Below, piece by piece: positions 13,470-27,554 of a stretch of 64,000 bases of DNA. Position 1 is the stretch's first letter, and every line of letters starts with the position of its first letter. The notes beneath the pieces were generated by a model, which worked only from the letters and a program-made list of their open reading frames with translations, ran no database searches and was not told where the DNA came from. The DNA comes from Malacoraja senta (taxonomy: Eukaryota), in assembly GCA_038087875.1 (NCBI GenBank), contig CM075988.1:15252001-15316000 (forward strand), read 5' to 3'. Both the position numbers and the translations under genes were made by a program.

Positions 13470-13735
13470 TTTAGAGTTTAGAGATACAATGTGGAAACAG
13501 ACTCTTTGGCCTATCTAGTTTGCGCCAACCAATGATCACCCCCTAGACTAGTTTGACCCTACGCTTTAGGGACAATTTACAGAAGCCAATTAACCTACAA
13601 ACCCGCATATGTTTGGAATGTGGGTGGAAACCGGAGCACCCAGAGAAAACCCACACGGTCACATGGAGACGTAATCAGGATCAAACCCAGGTCTCTGGCG
13701 CTGTAAGGCAGCAACTCCACCGCTGCGGCACTGTG
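13470..13735 (-). mobile_element. tRNA-derived HE1/V-SINE-like element
   Basis: tRNA-like A/B-box head, central V-domain-like segment (gggttttctctgggtgctccggtttcc) and CR1-derived tail. Confidence 0.85.
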
Positions 13736-15199
13736 CAAAAACTTACGTTCTAGGTGATTTAAGTTGCAGATTTTTATATAACTGTCAAAGAAGCCTTGGA
13801 ACGTATCAGAGGTGTTTTTCAATATGGTACATATTGGAGCCACAATGTCCCTGTCCATGAAATCAAAGTGCATGGAAACAGCCTCTTCTGTGCACCGTGT
13901 CTGTGGGCCATTGCCTATAGTAATCCCAATTCACAGCACTCAGTGCATAGCCTTTCAAGCCTTGGTATTTCAATAGCTAATCCAAAGACTTAAAAAATAT
14001 TGTGAGAGTATTTCCTCCACTATCCTTTCAGGCGTTGCATTTAATCTAAAAGGACTTTCGGCAAGTCCCCTCAAAGTATTCTACCTCTTATCTTAAACCA
14101 GAGCCTTCCCATTATAGACACTTCTGATAAGATTTTTTTTTCTCACTATGTACCCTATCTATGCCTCTCCTTGCGTAGTTTACCTCACTCTGATTCCCCC
14201 TTCAGCCTTCTCCGCTCCAATGAAAACTAACCCAGCCTTTCTGTCTCTCCTCCTGTCTGAATCACTCCACCTAGGCAACATCCTGATAAACCTCCTCTAC
14301 ACACTCTCTGCATTTACATTCTTCCATAATTGCACACAGTAATCCAAATGTAGTTTAATTCATGTTTTATTAGACTGTGCCGTAACCTCCTTGCTCTTAT
14401 ATTTTATGCCAGCTAATGAAGGCAAGTATTCCGCAAGCCTTCTTAACTACCTTATCAACATTTGTTATTGCCTTCACGACTCCTTGAACATGTGCACCAA
14501 GATCCTGCTGTTTTTTTCAGTACTTCCTCAAATCCTATCATTCATTATATATATCCTATCATAAGTATTCCCACATGAATCATTTCACATTTTCAGGATT
14601 AAATTTTATCAGTCATTCCTCTGCCCAATATTTCAAGTGTAGTCTCCCCAGGGTCCAATATAATGTAGTCATCTTTACTCTGGAACCTAAATCTTACTGC
14701 AATAAAGGCCGACATATCATTTGCCTTCCTAATTGCTTGCAAACGGCACATTAACTTGCAATGATTCATGAACGCAGCTCGCTTTTAACACCAACACCTT
14801 TGATCTATCACCACGTAAAAACACTCCGCTGTTATATTTTCTCACTCATATTTTTCAACATTATATTCTATCTGCATGTCCTTATCTATTCACATCCAAT
14901 ATGTATCTAAATGGATGTTCTGTGCATCCTCCTTATAACCCCCTTTGGCACCCAGATTTATAATCATTGAACTTGGATAAATCATTCTTGGTCCCCTCAT
15001 CTAAACCTATGATGATAAAGAGCTGTGGCCTCACCACATATATCTGCAATACCTGAGTAACAACCTCTCAGTCACAAAATGAACCATTTATTCATACTCT
15101 GGTTTCTGTCCTTTAACCAATCCTGAATCAATGTCAGAATATCACTCAATTCCCTTATGCTCAAATTTTGTTTAATAACCAAATGTGTGGTATTATATT

Positions 15200-15762
15200 G
15201 ATCATAGAACAGTGAAATACAGGAACGGGCCATTCGGCCCACGATGTTTGTGCCGAACATGATGCCAAGTTAAACTGATCTCACCTGCCTGTACCCGAAT
15301 CCCAACATTCCCATGTGCTTATCTAAAAGCCTCTTAAGCGCCGCTATCATATCTGCCTCCACCACCACCCCTGGAATGCATTCCAGGCACACACTACTCT
15401 CAGTGTATAATACTTGTCCCACATGTCTCCATTAAACGTTCTCCCTCTCACCTTATAGCTATGCCCTCTAGTGTTGGACATTTCCACACTGGGAAAAAAG
15501 TTCTGACTGTCTATCCTATCTATGCCTCTCATAATTATATATAGTTCTAACAAGTCTCCCTTCAACCTCCCATTTTCCAGAGTAAATAATCCAAGTCTAT
15601 CCAACTTCTCCCCATAGATGAAACCCTCTAATCCAGGTAACATTCTGGTAACCCTCTGCACCCTCTCCAAAACCTCCACATCTTTCCTGAAATGGGGTGA
15701 GTAGAACTGCACGTAATACTCCAAATGTAGCCTTACCAAATTCCTATACAGCCGCATCATGA
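15200..15762 (-). mobile_element. CR1 LINE 3' fragment within older CR1 remnants (about 13870-16660)
   Basis: ORF 15347..15760 (LVRLHLEYYVQFYSPHFRKDVEVLERVQR...SNTRGHSYKVRG). Confidence 0.88.
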
Positions 15763-16690
15763 ATTAAAGTCCTCTCAAGCTGCATATTGAAGGCCTTCTG
15801 AAAGTCCAAATACACCACTGGTTACCTCTTGACTTTTCTGCTAATTGCAATCTCGACAAAACATGTACAGCTTTTACAAACATTGTTCTCCTTTCATAAA
15901 TCTATGCTGACTCTGCTCAATCCTGTTACTATTTTGCTAAGTTCCTTAATAAAAGCATTTTCTGTACTGCTGATAGCAGGCTAACTGGTCCATAGTTCCC
16001 CATTGTCTCTCAACCTCCTTTCTAAAAATTGTCATGTTATAATATGTGAGAACGACACTAGAACCAATGAAAATTTGAAAGATGACTATTATTGCATCCA
16101 CCACCTCTTAGCCATCTCTTTCAAAACCTCTGGATGAAGATCCTCAGCTCCTTGGGATTTCTTGTCATTCAGTCCTATAAATTTAGCCATTTTTATAATA
16201 ATGCTAATAACTTTCACCTTCTCATTGCTTCTGGACCTGTTCTCCACAATCGTTCAGGTTTCTATGCCCTTTTTCAGTGAAGGCAGATAGGTGTAATTTC
16301 TCTACCATATCCTTATTTCCCAATATAATTTCTTCTCTCTATCTATAGAGGACCCATGTTTTCTAGATTATTTTCTTCTTCTGCGTTCCATTTCCTTATA
16401 AAAATGTTTCCCAATCTACAGGTATTTTGCAGTTTTAGGCAACATTGTAAATCTTACCCTATAATGTAATACTTCAGCTTCACTTATTAGCCACAACTGG
16501 GCTCCTTTTTCTTTAGTGTTTACTTCCCTAAAGGGATATATATTATTTTGTTAATTATGTAAATGTTCTCCATTGCTCGTTTCCAATCGTATATTTTAAT
16601 GCAGTTTCCTAATCTACCAAAGCCACCCCACACCCTATAACTCTGTAGTTAGTTTGCTTAGGTTTAAGATCCAGTAAACATAGCACAGAG

Positions 16691-16763
16691 ATCTAAAATT
16701 GGCAACAGAATTTGAAGGAAAATTAGAAGAATTTTCCTTCAAATTCTGTTGCCAATGTTAGAT
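16691..16763. repeat. Near-perfect inverted repeat (34-bp arms, 5-nt loop)
   Basis: atctaaaattggcaacagaatttgaaggaaaatt-agaag-aattttccttcaaattctgttgccaatgttagat; 33/34 positions complementary. Confidence 0.95.
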
Positions 16764-17828
16764 TGTTAAAGGGTTGTTAAACATGTGATGGATTTTAATT
16801 CCATATGAACATTTGAAGGACTATCATTCATGCATTTTTAAGGATGATTGCAAGTACAGGAAAAAGGACTGATTGTAGAGCAATATCAAAAAACCACCAC
16901 TGGTCTTTGATCAACCCCCCAAACAGTATATAATAGTCTATGATTCTAGCACAACCAATCTTTGTTCACACATGCACACATTTCACCAGGGATGCATTTC
17001 TCTGGTTGATTTCTCAAAGGAAGTCCTAAAACTCACTGAAGTGGACTAAGGAAAAAAGCACAGAATGTGGATTCAGGAATCATAACAGTAATTGTGAACT
17101 ATGCAGCCACCAAAATAGTGGGAAAAGATCAGGAGAAGCAATGCTGAGTGATTTTCTCTCACAAATAATGAGGTACTGGTTCAAATGATCATTGAACCTG
17201 GAGCATCTTAATGCATAACTAAATTATTCACCTAACCTACTGAGTCATACATCTAGTAATTTACTGATGACAGTGAATGGATTTCTTGAATGTAACACAA
17301 TAAGTGTTCATTCATGTGTTAATTACTGTTAAACTACAAAAAATACTGCCTACTTCCAACTTTTGGCACTAAAATTTATATCAAAGAAAGAACACAGTCT
17401 CCGTGTTTAAGGAGTATTCAGGAGTATTTAATCTTTACATGTTTAAATTTAATAATGTTCAGTAGCGACTGTTGTGGAGGCACATGGTGCTTTGCACCTC
17501 ATCATCTTGCACCTGTGTCCTTGGAAGCGTAAAAGCTGACAAAATCTGACATTCAAAAATGAATCTGCCTCAAATAATAACCATCAAAACTTGTCTTCAG
17601 AAGTGACTCATTCACATGAACGCATGTCTGAATGGCAGTGAAGCTAAAGGAGAAAAGGAAGGTTGTTTTGCTCACTTTATCCTGAGGCCTGAACTTGGAG
17701 TTGATTACTTTCCATGATTTTCAGCTACCCATTTCTCTAGATGGTTTTTCAAAGGGACAGTCCTAAAACTCACTGTCGTTAACTTCGGAAAAAGCACAGA
17801 ACATGAATTCAGGAATCATAATAGTAAT

Positions 17829-17969
17829 CCTCTTCGTACTCTTCCATATTTCCAGTTTCCCTCTCCTCTGACTCTCAGTCTGAAGAAGGGTCTCGACCCG
17901 AAACGTCACCCATTCCTTATCTCCAGAGATGCTGCCTGTTCCACTGAGTTACTCCAGCATTTTGTGTCT
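17829..17969 (+). mobile_element. Penelope-derived short insertion with an intact hammerhead-like core (17880-17907)
   Basis: ctgaaga-a-gggtc-tc-gaccc-gaaa-cg-tc; 14-bp TSD atca(t/c)aatagtaat at 17815-17828 and 17970-17983. Confidence 0.85.
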
Positions 17970-18619
17970 ATCACAATAGTAATGGTGAACTAAGTAGCCC
18001 CCAGAATGACAAGCCAGATAGAAATTTGTACACATGAACGGGGTCAACTCTCCTTCACCCACCTATATCCATGATGATAGTTTAGTTTAATTTATTATTA
18101 TTCACCAAGATACAAAACGTTGTTTTGTGTATTATCCAGTCAAATCATATCATACATGAGTACAATCTAGCCACACACAACTCAAAGACTGTAACGATTG
18201 TAGAGGATGATAGTAAATCTTCTCTTCTGGGACAGCACACAAAGAGTATTAAACTCTTGCATTTATCAAGTCTCAAGTGTCTGCCAATGTTGAGTCCGAG
18301 TGTGAGGATATTGACGATGTAGAGAGGCAACCAGGGATCCCTCGTGATGCTGTCGCTGCCTTTCACAGCTGCTGCTGCTCCATGCAGCTGCTGCAGGCTG
18401 CAATTGATGAGCTCACTCACCCGGCTGCTGTAGGGCCTCCAGCGGCTGCCTCACCCTCCTGTTTCCACACCATGACCTGCAACCCATGGTCCTTTAGACA
18501 ACCGTGCCGACTAAAGGAAAACTTGAGTTGCCACCATCCTGCAGCTGCACCTCCACTTCCGTGCATTGTGTCACTCATACCCTACACAAACTCCAAGCTA
18601 ACAGAAATTCAAGCATTCT

Positions 18620-19050
18620 GGGCGACACAGTGGCGCAGCATTGGGTTGCTGCCTCACAGCGCCAGGGACCTGGATTCGATCCTGACTACGGGTGCTGTCT
18701 GTATGAAGTTTGCACTTTTATTTTCAGTTCAGTTTAGTTTTTTGTCATGTGTACCGAGGTACAGTGAAATGCTTTTGTTGCGTGCTATCCAGTCAGCAGA
18801 AAGACAATCCATGATTTCAATCGATTACAATCATACGTTCTTCCTGTGACCCCGTGGGTTTTCTCTGGGTGCTTTGGTTTCCTCCAATACTCCAAAGAAA
18901 TACATGTTTTAGGTCAATTGACTTTTGTAAAAATTGTTAATTGTCCCTAATGTGTAGGATACTGCTAGTGTACGAGTACGAACGTTGGTCAGCACAGACT
19001 CGGTGGGCCGAAGGGCCTATTTCCAAGTTGTATCGTTAAAGTCTAAAGTA
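18620..19050 (+). mobile_element. HE1/V-SINE-like element interrupted by a LINE tail (about 18720-18833)
   Basis: gggcgacacagtggcgcagc...ggattcgatcctgactacgggtgctgtctgt head; body resumes at about 18834. Confidence 0.85.
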
Positions 19051-19199
19051 ATTCCAACTTATTCCTTCAATGCCTGAGGACATGAATTCCCTCCTTGTTC
19101 TCTTAAGGTACAACATTCCTCTGAAAACCAGAGTGTTGGTTTTGGGGTCCGTGTTGTCAACATTGGGGACTGACAGAAACTAAGACACTTGGATGACAT

Positions 19200-19790
19200 G
19201 ACTTGGCTCCAGGTGTAAATATGAACAAGGCTTGCCAGTGCCTCTACTTCCTTGGAAGTTTAAAGAGATTCAGCATGTCATCGATGCAGTTGTACTGCAG
19301 ACAATATCCTGGCTGGTTGCATCATGATATGGCAATTTCAATGCACAGGAGTGCAAGAAGATGCAGAGAGGTGAGGCCAATCCATCAAGGGCACAGACCA
19401 CCCCAACAACAAAAACCTTTACATGAGATGCTGCACACCTCCCGATTAACCAACTGCTACTTCCAAAACAACTATCAGGTTCTGGAACCAAGCTGCACAA
19501 CCCTAATCATAACATGGCAATGGAACACTATGGACCTCCTTTTGTATTACCTAGGGCTTTATTTTTCAAATCATGTTTCACACAAATGCCGTGTTATTTT
19601 TTGCACAGCCTTTTTCCTTTTTACTGTCTCGCAGAATTTGTGTGTAATTTACGTATTATTTAGGTACAATTTATGTTTTTGTGTGTTGTCTGAGTCTATG
19701 TGCCTGTGACGCTGCTGCAAGCTAGATTTTCATTGTACCTGTACCTCACCGTACTTGTGCATATGACAACAATCTCAACTCGACTTGACC
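19200..19790 (+). mobile_element. Old Rex1/Babar-type LINE 3' fragment
   Basis: KACQCLYFLGSLKRF motif and shared 3' UTR (gctgctgcaagctagattttcattgtacctgtacctc). Confidence 0.75.
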
Positions 19791-19959
19791 ACGATGTAGC
19801 TGCAGTCACGAGTGTTTTATTGTCATATGTCCCATATTAGAACAATGAAATTCTTACTTGCAGCCGCACTACAGAATATGTAAATATAGAACACTATAAA
19901 CAATATAATAAACGAGAGAAATATAGTTCAGTGTACTCTCATACACGCACTCACAAATA

Positions 19960-20094
19960 NNNNNNNNNNNNNNNNNNNNNNNNNNNNNNNNNNNNNNNNN
20001 NNNNNNNNNNNNNNNNNNNNNNNNNNNNNNNNNNNNNNNNNNNNNNNNNNNNNNNNNNNNNNNNNNNNNNNNNNNNNNNNNNNNNNNNNNNNNN
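19960..20094. other. Assembly gap (135 N)
   Basis: Run of n characters. Confidence 1.
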
Positions 20095-20459
20095 TGCAAT
20101 CATAACAATTGCTCTGGATTCACTCACTGTGATGGGCTGTTTCTAAACCATGAGTCATGCGATACAGACCATTTAGCGAGTTGTGCTTGTGCCAGTTCAT
20201 TGGAAATTTATTTGTTATCTACACATCTCATCAAATGTTTCTGCTCCAAGCTTTTATCCAAATCCATTTTAAATCTGTACGGAAATGTTGCGGTTAGATT
20301 ACAAATCAATGAAGATACATTACAATTGTATTTTCTCTTTTTATCTGCACAGAAACAGAATGTAATTTATGATTTCAATTACTTAAAATAGACCAATAAC
20401 ATATAATTTATGTGACCTGTCCCTTTTGTGGTGTTGCAAAAACAACACATCTGTCCACT

Positions 20460-20625
20460 TGTGTAGGAAGAAAATGCAGATGCTGGTTTACACCAATGAT
20501 AGACATAAAAATCTGGAGTAACTCAGCGGGTCAGGCAGCATCTCTGGAGAAAAGGAATAAGTGACGTTTCGGGTCGAAACCCTTCTTCAGACTGAGAGTC
20601 AGGGGAGAGGAAAACGAGAGATATA
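20460..20625 (-). mobile_element. Penelope-derived short repeat with an intact hammerhead-like core (20590->20563)
   Basis: Minus strand reads ctgaaga-a-gggtttcgaccc-gaaa-cg-tc followed by the full family tail. Confidence 0.85.
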
Positions 20626-22480
20626 CTTGATGCTCATGACCTTGAGTGTTCTGGAACTGAAACTGCATGAACTAGACCCCAATCGTTCTGATGATTAAGA
20701 ACCCTAATGTTTGGGGTTCCAGGTGTTCTGAGTCTTGAAACCCTAACTGCCTCATAGTCAGGAACCACAAGGTGCCAGAGACACCAGTGTCTGATGTTTG
20801 CAATTCTGTGTTTTACTTGCTCTGCTGTCCTCATGTACAAAGAGGTTCATTCGAGGGAATTGCAAGAAAAACAATTAAACACTCACCTCCTCCTATCCCT
20901 TAAATCGGAAAGCAACGGGTGTCAAATATGCAATGTTTAATAATCCCCAAATTCTTTAGATTTCATAAAGAGAAATGTTTAGGATTATATAATCATACCA
21001 GTAGAAAGATGGTAAGTGATGAAGAATGTTTTGAATGGGGTTTACAACATATTTATTGTATCCAAGTGCTTCAACCAGTGACGTCCACCAATTATGGCAG
21101 GTTTGGGGCACCTTTCGAATGAACAACCCATTTATGCCACAGTTGATGAATGAATCACTCCCTTACACTATCTGGGGATCTGGTATATTTTCCAATTGCA
21201 AACAGAAATATCTGAGTTTTAACTTTTGCACAAAGTGTGGACCAGAGTCCATTACTTGGAGAAGAGTTGGGAAAGAAAGTGGGATAGATAAAGGATTGTA
21301 GCAAGTAAGAGGGCACATGGGAAGAGGAAGATGGAAGAGTAGAGAGAGGTCGTCAGGTTAAAGATGGTGAGAGGACTGAGAAGGAAGCAAAAGGATGATG
21401 AAAGCATGGGGGGGGGGGGGGGAATGGAATATTGGAGTGGGGTAAATGAGAGGAAAAGGAAAAAGGCGAAGACATAGCTAGGAGGGAGAAGAAAGTTAGT
21501 GAGGAACAGGAAGGGAGAGTGGGGCAAGGGGAGTGAGCTTCCCAGCTGCTTGCTTTCAAGACAAGTTTAAGATGAATGTTATTTGTTCGAACAATGTGGG
21601 TTCCTTAGTTCACCAATTGAACCCTAGTACAAGGGACAAATCTTATCCTGCTACATGTAACAAAAACGATTGGCCTTATTTTAAGAATTTAGATACAGAC
21701 TGTTTCTGATAGTAATGAGTTTAAGACCCAAGATACAAGATTAGATGTGAGAGCTACAGAACAGAGGGCAGGTAAAATGTTTACACAATACATTATGAGT
21801 TGTGAGAGTCATGATAGAATTCACTCCCAGGGGTTTTGGTTGAGGCAATTCCATCATGGAGAATCTATTGTGGAGATTAGACATGAGCATACGAAGGAAA
21901 GGGCATTGATAAGATATGGAAAAATGATAAAGTAAATGTGATCGAAGCTATTTGCTGGGGAGGATGGTAAATGCAAACTGGCAGAGTCAGTGGCTTGTTT
22001 CTGCATTGTGTGTAATTCCTGTGCAGACACATCAGTCAATGTTATTGGAGGAGGCCAGCTAACCATCGCACTCATGCTGATGCTAGCCTTCCATTTCAGA
22101 AAAAGCCATTTATTTTCCTGCCTTATCTCAGTACTCCTTAAGATTTATCTCAAATATTTTCCTGGCATCAGTCACCAGCTGCGGTAATGGATGATAACTA
22201 CTTTAGTGGCCTCCTCTTACATACTTCCTCTTCCATGACTGGTGACCAGAAACAGGCCCATTCCTGCCATTGCTTTCAACAACACTCTGTGTAGTTCAAT
22301 GGGCAAAACACACCTATGCAGTGCCGCACCCGGAGCACATCAACAAATGCAGATCTCCACCGTGTGACATTTACCCCTTTAGAGACCATCACCCGGAGCC
22401 TTCCACAGCTTGCGGTTGGATTGAGGATTGAAAAAGTCATCGTAGATGGGAAAGAAGTGTTATTTCTATATCCAGGACAC

Positions 22481-23030
22481 CCAGAACAGCTACTCTTCTA
22501 CAACTATCAGGTTCTTGAACCAAGCTGAACACCTAATCCTAACTCAACAATAGAATACTAGTGTCGTCCACCACTTGCACATCTTTGGGAGTTATTGTTT
22601 AAATTATTTATTTTAGATATTTTATTTGTAATTCGTGTATATTACGTTAATTTATTTGTGTGTGTTTGACTGACTCTATGTGCCTGTGATGCTGCTGCAA
22701 GCAAGATTTTCATTCTATCTGTACCTCACTGTTTTAGTTTTACTTTTAGTTTTAAAGGTACAGCATGGAAATAGGCCCTGCAGCCCACCGAGTCCATCGA
22801 TCACCCGTCACATTAATTCTATGTTATCCCACTTTCCCATCTACACCTACACATCTTTGGGATGTGGGAGGAAACTGGAACACCCAGAGGAAACACAAGC
22901 AGTTACAGGGAGAGCGTCAAACTCCATACAGTATCCATGGTTAGGATTGAACCTGGGTTTCTGGCACTGTAAGGCAGCAGCTCTACTAGCTGCGCCACTG
23001 TAATTGAGCATATGACAATAACTCGACTTA
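22481..23030 (+). mobile_element. Rex1/Babar 3' end with a minus-strand HE1-like SINE (about 22735-23000) nested in it
   Basis: LINE 3' UTR split at ctgtacctcactgt|...|gagcatatgacaata by a SINE with tRNA head and tail. Confidence 0.75.
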
Positions 23031-23540
23031 AATTAATTCAATGATACTAGACCTAAGCACTTAATTCTACAGAAAGCTCCAAGCTCCAATTAGGACTGTT
23101 CCTCACAATCCATCCAGATATGAATGGTACCCAGAATCTAGTCTCCATCTCAGCAAAATTCCTTTTTCTTTGTTAAATGATTTAATTTGTAGACTAGTTG
23201 TTGTAATTTAACAATATATTAACTTTCTACATTGTTTAATCTGGCATCAACATTTTCAATAATCATAATAAGAATGCTATCTGCACCCTTCTTGGATACT
23301 GGAAGGAACTGTTCTCGGACATGAAAGCAACCTGCGAACTCTGATGTAGTTTACAGTGGCGCTTGAGCTGAGCAGCTCCCAAGGAAGAGTATTTTGAAGA
23401 TAGACACAAATGCTGGAGTAACTCAGCGGGACAGGCAGCATCTCTGGATAGAAGGAATGGGTGACGAAGGAATCGGGTCGAAACCCTTCTATTTTGAGTT
23501 CTTGTTTACCAGGCTGCAGATCAGAAGAGTTGGACACACG

Positions 23541-23572
23541 TTGCCACCTGCTGGTGGCCACTTAAACTGCAT
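23541..23572 (-). promoter_or_regulatory. Candidate CTCF site (core plus upstream module)
   Basis: Minus strand atgcagtttaagtggccaCCAGCAGGTGGCaa matches the CTCF core, with a TGCAG upstream module. Confidence 0.55.
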
Positions 23573-23757
23573 TGGTGGCTTTGCAGTCAACTTCTGTCGC
23601 TGTTTACATGTGTGCACTGCAGCATTAGTGCAGACACATGAGTATGTTAGGCAGTCAGCAAATTTCTGAGCACATGAAGGATATTTAGCTTGGGTTTTAA
23701 AGAGGATAGGAATTTTATTAATCCACAAGGAAATTACTGAGATTTTGACAAACAGAA

Positions 23758-23763
23758 TTTATT
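23758..23763 (-). terminator. TLCD5: Candidate TLCD5 polyadenylation signal (second AATAAA at 23714-23719)
   Basis: AATAAA on the minus strand about 2.7 kb after the stop codon, followed by U/GU-rich sequence; other AATAAA exist closer to the stop. Confidence 0.35.
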
Positions 23764-25554
23764 TTGTACACCCAAAAACATTTAATAAATCGCTAAATAA
23801 ATTACTTTACAAAGACACCTTGTGCACAGTTCACATCACAGATGGAATAATGCCCTTTAGAGTAGTAGGTAGCAAGAGGAAATGTACACCTCTGAAGGTG
23901 ACAAGGCTGGTGCTGTGCATTTGTTGGTTAGTGCTGAAATCTCTCTTGGTCACCACTAGCTTACCTTTCCTTGTATGAAAATAATATAATCAGCAATTGT
24001 TACTGATGATACTAACAGCACTATAAAAGGATGGAAGTGCTGATTGCAGTTAGAAGCAAAGCAAGTTTGATGCAAATAAATAAATAAAAATTTACAGAAT
24101 TGAAGAAAATATTGATGAAAGAGGGCAGATGCACAGCTTGGGATTTGGGATTGAGGATTGAAAAAGTAATCATAGAAGGGAAAGAAGTGTGATTTCTATA
24201 TCCAGGACACCAAGTACAAAAAAAGGATTTGTCCCAGACAGTGAATAAAATAGAGTTTCGTAGACTGCAGTTTTGGAACTTCAATGAAAAAATGTGAGAA
24301 CCACTGCACAAATCAAGGGTACAAAAGCCTTTTCCTGATCTGGTACAATAGGCTTGTGGTGAGGGACAACCTTTTCATGTCCCTTTTCATGTACAGCAGT
24401 CTTGAGAGTCTGAATGCCCTGCTCGTGCTTCTGTGCAATACTTGTGGGACTGGGGGACTTATTCCTATATAGGCTTGGGAATTGAAATAACTCCTCTTGT
24501 GCCTCTATAAGAGGCTTATGTGGCTGAATGGCTTATTCTGCTTTCTTTGTAATGGATAATGGGGCTGAATGGCCTACTTTGGTTTCAATGAAATTTGGGT
24601 GAAGGAATCTCCTCGTGTTCCAATGCAAAAAAATCACAAGCTGAACTGTATTTGCCTATTTCTCTGTGACTCTTTCATGGAACAAAACGGATTCCCCCTG
24701 TTAATGTGTAAATGATGCCGTATATTCAATATGAAATTACGAAAGATGGGAGGCTTTCTTTGGGTGAGAGGTTTATCAGAAGATCTAACAGACCACATAT
24801 CTGCAGGGATAAACAATTGATGATTATATGCATAATTGGATGATGCAGTAACAAATGGCATAGGAATCTAATATTATTGCAATCTGCTTAAACTCCAGCC
24901 TACAAATAATGTAATGGCATGTGGGGGTTTTCACACTCAGAACATGATTTCACTTAAAAACGAATGGAAGAGATGCAATGAAGCAGAAACTGCATGAAAA
25001 ACTCAGCAGGGCAGGCAGCATCAATGGTGAGAGAAACAAAATTAATGTTTCAGGTTGAAGAAATAGAGAAATGCAAGGGGGATGGGCAGGAAAATCTTCG
25101 AGAAGAAACATTAAGTATGATGAATGAGCAGGGAAATGGTAGCTTACTCCTGATAACAATGGCACAAAACTGCACTGATCAGGAATCGTACACAAACCAG
25201 AAAAGGCCATTTGGTCCAATCACTCTACCTGGGCCTTTATTTTAAATGTAAGTAACTAGCAATCAATCATACTCTTTCTAGATCCCTTCAGTCCCCTTGC
25301 TTTACAGTCAAACTCCTTGCTTTACAGCCTATACTGATCCAGCGCAATGAGCTTGTGGTGTGGGACGACCTCTTCATGTTCCACTACAACAGTCTTAAAC
25401 TCCATTTTATCCACAGTCTGGACAATTTATTATTGCATCCTATTTTGTTGTGCTTGGTGCCCCGGATAACTGTTACTTATCTGAACATTAGTTAAATATC
25501 CACATCTTTCAAGTGTTTCCATTTCCTGAAGGGCAGTTGTTGAAAGGCCTAAAA

Positions 25555-25862
25555 ATGAAAGGACTAGATAGAGTGGATATGGAGAGGATTTTTCCAGTAG
25601 TGGGAGAGTCTAGGATCAGAGGGCAAAGCTTCAGAATAAAAGGACATACATTTAGAATGGAGATGATGAGGATGTGGAATTCATTTCCACAGATGGCTGT
25701 AGAGGCTAAGTAAAGTGGAGTTTGATAGGTTCTTGATCAGTAAAGGCGTCAAAGATTATGGCGAGAAGGCAGGAGAATGGAGTTGAGAGAGAAAAGTAGA
25801 CCATCAAATGGCGGAGCAGACTTGATGGGCTGAATGGCCTAATTCTGCTCCTATGTCTTATG
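25555..25862 (+). mobile_element. CR1 LINE 3' fragment in the putative TLCD5 3' UTR
   Basis: KGLDRVDMERIFPVVGESRIRGQSFRIKG plus the CR1 3' UTR. Confidence 0.85.
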
Positions 25863-26475
25863 TTGGGAAGTTTGAAGAGGATAAAGATCCTCCTCCAAGG
25901 TCAAAAATAAATCCCAAGAATGGCTATTTGGTGGCTCAGCTACCTGATCAAAGATGGGTGACACAGAACAGCGCAAATGGCCTCAACTACCTATCAGGTA
26001 GAAAAATACCAGGTTCCTGCTTCTGATCTCTCTGAGGACCAAGACTCCTCCCACATTCCTCTGCCAACATTCATTATCTAGGTCTGCACGTGATTAACAG
26101 CACTCTGCTAAGGTCACCATCATTGAACGGTTGCACACTAAAGTGATAAACTGAAGTGACGGGGGAACAGAAGTCCTGGACACCAGTTACCATGCAATTA
26201 GTTTGTTTAAGATCATCACATGCCAATGACTATAGCCAAAATAATCAGGGCCCACACTAGAGCGATGTCATAACTGATGCAGAGACAATGTGCTAGTCAG
26301 ACACCACCGGGAATACTGGTGGTGCCTGACCTCAGAAAAGTGACCATCAGGAGCTACCTGCAATACATATCTTACTGTGAAAAGAATCCACCTGCCAAAG
26401 GCATTCAAGAATGACAAATAAATAAAGGAAACCAGATGGCTGAGGATGGAGTTCATTTCACGTCACTTTGTTAAG

Positions 26476-27129
<654 letters not shown>

Positions 27130-27554
27130 TCACAGTTCGTTTATTCTCTTGGCTTACATTACTTGTAATTAAGTTATAAATTAACAAACATGCAAAATAA
27201 TATGTCTGATGCAAACCTCAATTAAAAATGAAAAGGTTGAAAATACTCATTAATGCCTGGGGTGAGAGAAACAGATTTTATGTTTCAGTCACTATTTTAC
27301 ATGAGAACTGCATGGGGAGCCTCATCAGACCAATGAGAACCGATGAGGCTTTTGATACCAAGGTCACAGAGCCTCCTCAAGCGGATGTTGAGTAAAACAC
27401 TGTGATCCACTCAGTCAGCGGATAGAGAAACTATTCCTACAGCAACGGGACCAAGTACTCCACAACAACTCAGGAGCACTCATGAGAAGGTCAAGTTCAA
27501 CTCCATTTTTAGGAAGGAAAATCAGGCAGGTTTAGCTGATATTGCTCTTGTATA

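Noticed and set aside
18620-18700. tRNA-like sequences here and at other SINE heads
   Set aside because: They are degenerate A/B-box heads continuous with SINE bodies, not tRNA genes
18277-18849. 190-aa ORF
   Set aside because: Low-complexity start running into SINE and LINE-tail sequence; no domain or splice support
19869-20146. ORFs spanning X residues
   Set aside because: Artefacts of the N gap
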